From a virus: a stretch of DNA of 45,791 nucleotides. Both the position numbers and the translations under genes were made by a program. A model generated the notes under the pieces. That model did no database searches. It had not been told where the DNA came from and saw nothing but the letters and a program-made list of their open reading frames with translations. Shown in pieces: positions 42,103 to 45,791 of this stretch (position 1 is its first letter; every line of letters starts with the position of its first letter). The stretch lies in the IMG/VR virus record IMGVR_UViG_3300029857_000010; one strand, written 5' to 3'.

Positions 42103-42551
42103 AGCAAGAAGAATAACGCAGTACCTGCATAAATATTCCGCTGATACTTAATTCTGTTCGTTCTCTTCCGGTCGTATTCCATTTGCTCTATCAACGTCTC
42201 GTATAATTCCTCGCTGCGCTTCAACGATTCCTTTGCATTCACTAATGAGCGCTTGGAGTTCGTCAGCGCTTCTTGCGTTAGAGTGAGCTGCTTCTTCGCT
42301 TCGCTTAATTGCGTCAACAGAACTGCTGACGTGTTCTTCTGCTGTTTCAATTTCTCGTCTGCCAGATTCAATTTCGCTTCCAGCAGATTCGTTTGATTTT
42401 TGAATTGATTCCATTGTTCGATTGACATTGTTATCTGCTTGGGTGCCGCTTCCGCCGTGCCAACGCCAGTACACGTCATTACAGATAAGCAGAAGGCCAG
42501 CAACAATAAGACTAATCTTAACGGCTCTATCAATCTTGCGTCTTGTTTCAT
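42084..42551 (-). CDS. coiled-coil protein with N-terminal signal/TM and C-terminal TM, 155 aa, a possible lysis accessory
   Basis: SD GAGGT. Chosen over the overlapping alternative frame 42148..42615. Confidence 0.4.
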   Translation of the reverse strand: MKQDARLIEPLRLVLLLLAFCLSVMTCTGVGTAEAAPKQITMSIEQWNQFKNQTNLLEAKLNLADEKLKQQKNTSAVLLTQLSEAKKQLTLTQEALTNSKRSLVNAKESLKRSEELYETLIEQMEYDRKRTNRIKYQRNIYAGTALFFLLCAAAK

Positions 42552-42849
42552 CTTTCATTATTACCTCATGTAAATATCTATATTTGTAAAATATAATAAA
42601 TCGTGTCAGAAGCACAAACTTCGCCTACAAGCGGCTTTAGCTCGCCGCAGGATAAATCATAAGCGGTGCTAATTTCAAAGCACTCATAGGCGAAGTATTT
42701 TTGTGCAATTTGCGCCTTCTTGTAGTTAGATATTCAGATTAGAGAGCAAAGTAATGATGCAACGCACCGAGAGTAAAGCCTAAAACAAGGCCTACTAAAA
42801 ATTTCTTGTCAGCAACAAAAGCTTTTAATTCTTCCATGATTTCACCTCC

Positions 42850-43470
42850 TTATCTTCCATTACCAGCAAAGCCATACGCAGGTACGCCATACGGTGTTGT
42901 TAAGTCAATGCCAGCAACATACTGATACGTAGCTTCCGCTCTATTGGCGTAACCTGCTCTATACATCTCACCAACATCGGCAGCAATCCAATAGTAATTC
43001 TTAAACAGCTTGTAAAGTGCCTCCAGACTACGCAGGTTGACGCGCTCAAAACGATTCTCCAGGAAACGCTTTACAACATAAGTGCTAGTCGGACACCACA
43101 TGCCAGCATAAATAAGGCAGCGTGTATCATCCAACGTCGGCACCTGTTGAAGCACCTCGACATATTGCAGGCAGTCACGTGACAACTGTTCTAACTGCGC
43201 CTGCTGTCCTGCGTCGCTTCTTAACAACTCTTTAAGCATCGGCAGTTCGCCGCTTGCCTTAATATCAATATAGGTTCTGCCAATAAATTCTTCACCGCCG
43301 GGAATAGCTCTCAAAAGCTCATCGGCTCTGTTGCCCTCCCATTGCGACACACCGATTGAAGGATAATTATAAGCCGTAGACTTTGCTACGCTGTCATAAC
43401 CGCCTTCAATGCCTGTTGCGATAATGCCTTTTGCGATTTCTCTCGCAAGGTTTTTGTTCCAATCACTCAT
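42850..43470 (-). CDS. putative endolysin / peptidoglycan hydrolase (GH108-like lysozyme motif EGGY…), 206 aa
   Basis: Immediately downstream of the holin-like gene. N-terminal IEGGYDSVAKS…IGVSQW resembles the GH108 EGG…GIT motif. Start ATG (MSDW) has SD GAGGAG; the track start at 43485 is GTG. Confidence 0.4.
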   Translation of the reverse strand: MSDWNKNLAREIAKGIIATGIEGGYDSVAKSTAYNYPSIGVSQWEGNRADELLRAIPGGEEFIGRTYIDIKASGELPMLKELLRSDAGQQAQLEQLSRDCLQYVEVLQQVPTLDDTRCLIYAGMWCPTSTYVVKRFLENRFERVNLRSLEALYKLFKNYYWIAADVGEMYRAGYANRAEATYQYVAGIDLTTPYGVPAYGFAGNGR

Positions 43471-43738
43471 CGTTCCGCTCCTCACTTTTCACTTTAAACA
43501 TTCTTGTTTCAATAGCCTTGTTGCCTAACTGTACAAGCAGCAGCGTAACCATACCAAGTGTACAACTCTCGTAGCCGCTCCAGGTTTTGGCAAAAAAAGC
43601 AAGCCATAATGTAACTAATACCCAAACGGCAAAGCCTATAACAGCGCAGATTCTGCCTACGCTGTAAGCGTTATCGTTCTTTTTCAACATGTTAATCAAT
43701 TTACGCATGACACTTACACTCCTTGCATTTTTCATCAT
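43463..43738 (-). CDS. holin-like protein with two hydrophobic segments, 91 aa
   Basis: Hydrophobic stretches ICAVIGFAVWVLVTLWLAFFA and TLGMVTLLLVQLG, charged C-terminus. Position upstream of the lysin candidate. Confidence 0.5.
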   Translation of the reverse strand: MMKNARSVSVMRKLINMLKKNDNAYSVGRICAVIGFAVWVLVTLWLAFFAKTWSGYESCTLGMVTLLLVQLGNKAIETRMFKVKSEERNDE

Positions 43739-44057
43739 GTCCTTTTAAATCATAGTTAGGCAGTTCATTTAATTGCTCCATTAAACTATCAATGACGCCA
43801 TTATCTCCAAGCGCCTCGTAACTCCGGTAGCAGGCGTCGATGCTTTCTTTTGCGTAGATTGGTATCCAGCCTTTATCCTGGACATAGTGATTATAAGCCT
43901 GGATGATTCTATCGCGGAGCAACGCTTGCAAGCCTGCCTTTAGTGCGTCATTTTCTTTTTTCTTTGTATGATATAACGCAAAGATATAAGAGATAACAGC
44001 ACCAGCAATAATATTTATTACAGTTTGTACAGTTGATTCAATCATAAAACACCTCAT
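43701..44057 (-). CDS. membrane protein with a single N-terminal TM (holin-like or lysis regulator), 118 aa
   Basis: TM segment VINIIAGAVISYIFALY, cysteine-rich C-terminus (CKECKCHA). Confidence 0.4.
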   Translation of the reverse strand: MRCFMIESTVQTVINIIAGAVISYIFALYHTKKKENDALKAGLQALLRDRIIQAYNHYVQDKGWIPIYAKESIDACYRSYEALGDNGVIDSLMEQLNELPNYDLKGHDEKCKECKCHA

Positions 44058-44081
44058 TCCTATTTATTTTGTTGCTGATAT

Positions 44082-44582
44082 TTAAACTTCTAATACAACA
44101 TTTTCAACTTCTGCTTTAGTTATAGCAGTTTCTACTTTCTCCTTAGCTTTTCTATAAGCTGTGTGGAGCTTGTCGCTTCTCAACGCCACCTGTGCAATAA
44201 TGCCACGCAGGTCAGATGCAGTTACTTTTACATCTTTATTATCTGCGGTAGTCCATATGAGGGTGACGGAAGCACCTAAGACTTCAAGGGCAACAATAGC
44301 TGCACTAATTCTATCCCTAGCTTTGTCATCATAATCAAAAGAGTAACCTTGGTATATGATAGGCTCAACCTCAGCTTTATCACGCTGATATTTAAGCTCC
44401 GTAATCTTGCGTTGCTTAATCACTTCCAAAGGTTCTTCCTCATGCGTAACAGTAACATCTAATTCTGCCAAGGCTTCCTCAGAGATAGAGAGAGGTATAA
44501 AGATACCTTCCTGCCCTAAGGCTTCTGACAAAGGGTAGATGTGAGTATATGTTTTGTCTTTGTACGTATATTTTGTTTGCAT
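44082..44582 (-). CDS. DUF4376-like tail-fibre-associated protein, 166 aa from the SD-supported start
   Basis: SD AAAGGAGG precedes the ATG (MQTKYTYK…). Lies downstream of the tail-fibre gene. Confidence 0.4.
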   Translation of the reverse strand: MQTKYTYKDKTYTHIYPLSEALGQEGIFIPLSISEEALAELDVTVTHEEEPLEVIKQRKITELKYQRDKAEVEPIIYQGYSFDYDDKARDRISAAIVALEVLGASVTLIWTTADNKDVKVTASDLRGIIAQVALRSDKLHTAYRKAKEKVETAITKAEVENVVLEV

Positions 44583-44598
44583 TTTGTTCCTCCTTTGC

Positions 44599-44991
44599 TT
44601 AATAATCTTCAACTGTGGGTGTCATCGCATTTATTGCTTTACCCCACGAGAAAGTAACGCCAGATGTATACAGACAGTTAAAATGCAATGTATAGGTTTT
44701 ATTTGGTGTTACACCTACAATGGAATCAATATTTTCATGGTCTACGTTGACACCACCATCATCAGCATCTGAGTAGCCTTCACCCCATTTATTATTGCTT
44801 GTTGTATTTTTAATAACAGCATAATAGGTAGCTGATGGCTCATTCTCAGCAAAATCAACCTCTGCAAACACTTTGATTCTTTTAATACCTAGCGGAACAG
44901 TAAAAGTTATTGTTTTATCATTTACTTCATCATAATTCCAATGCTTGTTACCATCCTTAATATTTACTTCACCAAAGAACAACCTTCTCAT
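44599..44991 (-). CDS. hypothetical tail-associated protein, 130 aa
   Basis: ORF directly after the tail-fibre stop, beta-rich. Confidence 0.4.
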   Translation of the reverse strand: MRRLFFGEVNIKDGNKHWNYDEVNDKTITFTVPLGIKRIKVFAEVDFAENEPSATYYAVIKNTTSNNKWGEGYSDADDGGVNVDHENIDSIVGVTPNKTYTLHFNCLYTSGVTFSWGKAINAMTPTVEDY

Positions 44992-45791
44992 TATGCACCA
45001 CTTCCTAACTTATGAGCCTGTACAATGCTTACAATACCATTAGGGTTCTTTATCATCCAGACAGTCAGAAGCGTACCAGAGCCGGAAATAGCAATATCGC
45101 TTGCGCTACCTATATATGTCATAGTACCTGCACCACTGATAGTCAGAGCATGGTCAGCATCAGCAGTAAAGTATGCAGAGAATACAATGGATTCATACGT
45201 ACCAAGCAACATAGCAAAATTAGAGAGATTAAGAGTAAAATCACCATTTGTTGTATACCACATTGTATCAGTTACCGGTGTATCAGTAGTGCCTTCTACA
45301 TAATAGCCGGTATGGCAGGCACGGAAGGTCTTTGTGTTATAAAACTCCTGCACTGCCGTCCATGTATTTTCAGAGGATGTACTTACACCACCAGTAGCCG
45401 TAATAGTTACATTGCCACTCGCATCGGGTGCTGTGCCATTGACAGATTTAACCACACCACTAATATCAGTTTTCTTAGCGTAAGTGGATGTGATTACATT
45501 GCCATCACCATCATGGGTTGCTGCCCTAGCCGTGCCACTATAATTCACAGCGTTGATTGAACCAACAAATTGTGTACCTTCACGCCACCTTATATTAGTA
45601 GCTCCACCCGATAAAGCAAAACCAGAGAGAACATCTGCGATATTCATTTTGTCAGCTAAGGCACTGTATATAACCTTGTTCTGTACAGGGTTAGTCGAAG
45701 TGCTGGACAATGAGCTATCCACAGTAATATTAGTAATATCTGTTTTCTTAGCATAGGTATCAACAATGACATTACCTGCACCATCATGAAG
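44991..45791 (-). CDS. tail fibre protein, C-terminal portion; continuous with 1..1488 across the circular junction (45693-45791 duplicates 1-99)
   Basis: Reverse frame is open from 45791 down to the stop at 44991. Protein reads …VDSSLSSTSTNPVQNKV…, identical to the end of the 1..1488 segment. Confidence 0.8.
   Translation of the reverse strand, partial: LHDGAGNVIVDTYAKKTDITNITVDSSLSSTSTNPVQNKVIYSALADKMNIADVLSGFALSGGATNIRWREGTQFVGSINAVNYSGTARAATHDGDGNVITSTYAKKTDISGVVKSVNGTAPDASGNVTITATGGVSTSSENTWTAVQEFYNTKTFRACHTGYYVEGTTDTPVTDTMWYTTNGDFTLNLSNFAMLLGTYESIVFSAYFTADADHALTISGAGTMTYIGSASDIAISGSGTLLTVWMIKNPNGIVSIVQAHKLGSGA
45693..45791. repeat. exact 99-bp duplicate of positions 1-99: circular-closure overlap
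   Basis: Identical sequence at both window ends. Lies inside the tail-fibre ORF. Confidence 0.9.

Noticed and set aside
42148-42615. Alternative 155-aa ORF overlapping 42084..42551 in another frame
   Set aside because: Only one frame can be real. The 42084..42551 frame has an SD and a signal/TM plus coiled-coil architecture, while the other starts inside AT-rich sequence without an SD.
45693-45791. Terminal 99-bp repeat considered as T7-like direct terminal repeats
   Set aside because: It lies in the middle of the tail-fibre ORF, which reads through it in frame. The length is typical of assembler k-mer overlap. Interpreted as circular-closure redundancy.
1-45791. Search for tRNA, rRNA or CRISPR elements in intergenic regions (21619-21996, 22351-22700, 26655-27040, 36421-36924, 37512-37933, 38954-39237)
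   Set aside because: No cloverleaf-compatible segments with GTTC/GAAC T-arm and CCA-proximal acceptor stems. No rRNA-like conserved blocks. No spaced direct-repeat arrays.

Overview
This window is a complete, circularly closed temperate phage genome of about 45.7 kb. Positions 45693-45791 repeat 1-99 exactly. The tail-fibre gene reads straight across this junction, so I treat the repeat as an assembly overlap, not a physical genome end. The effective genome length is 45692 bp.

The genome is densely coding, with strong GGAGG-type ribosome-binding sites (Firmicutes-like). Phage-borne homologues of exosporium and sporulation proteins suggest a spore-forming Firmicute host. I found no rRNA, tRNA or CRISPR.

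Architecture, all in window coordinates:

- **Late/virion operon (minus strand, 22350 down through 1, continuing 45692 down to 39238).** TerS-like and TerL, then a T7-like head-to-tail connector (portal), scaffold and major capsid protein. Next come homologues of T7 tail tubular proteins A and B (gp11/gp12); the B protein carries a Gly-rich insertion. After that are putative internal/ejection proteins: a 699-aa protein with a lytic-transglycosylase (SLT) motif and a 2478-aa giant protein with an HExxH zincin motif and internal duplications. The operon ends with a collagen-like tail fibre, a holin/endolysin-like lysis cassette, and a terminal cluster of moron-like genes next to attP (BclA-C/ExsF-like, YjcZ-like, Q/M-rich and sigma-region-4-like proteins).
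- **Lysogeny module (plus strand).** CI-like XRE repressor, a DUF805 membrane moron, a tyrosine integrase with an AP2-like arm-binding N-terminus, and an attP region with 11-bp arm-type repeats.
- **Early block (minus strand, 35851 down to 27041).** Xis-like HTH protein, LysM membrane protein, YqaJ exonuclease, two XRE HTH proteins, RecT, a replisome organizer (DnaD-like C-terminus) with an embedded lambda-like iteron origin, RusA and SSB.
- **Oppositely oriented accessory operon (plus strand, 23143-26654).** Nine small genes driven by a perfect-consensus sigma-A promoter (TTGACA-17-TATAAT) and ended by a strong terminator. It includes a J-domain (HPD) protein with a possible Cys/His peptidase-like N-terminal domain, and two acidic proteins sharing a CRPYI motif.
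- **Intergenic region 26655-27040.** Two convergent ORF-less promoter/terminator units, which I treat as small-RNA candidates.

Functional calls rest on motif recognition from memory of the families named. I ran no database search.
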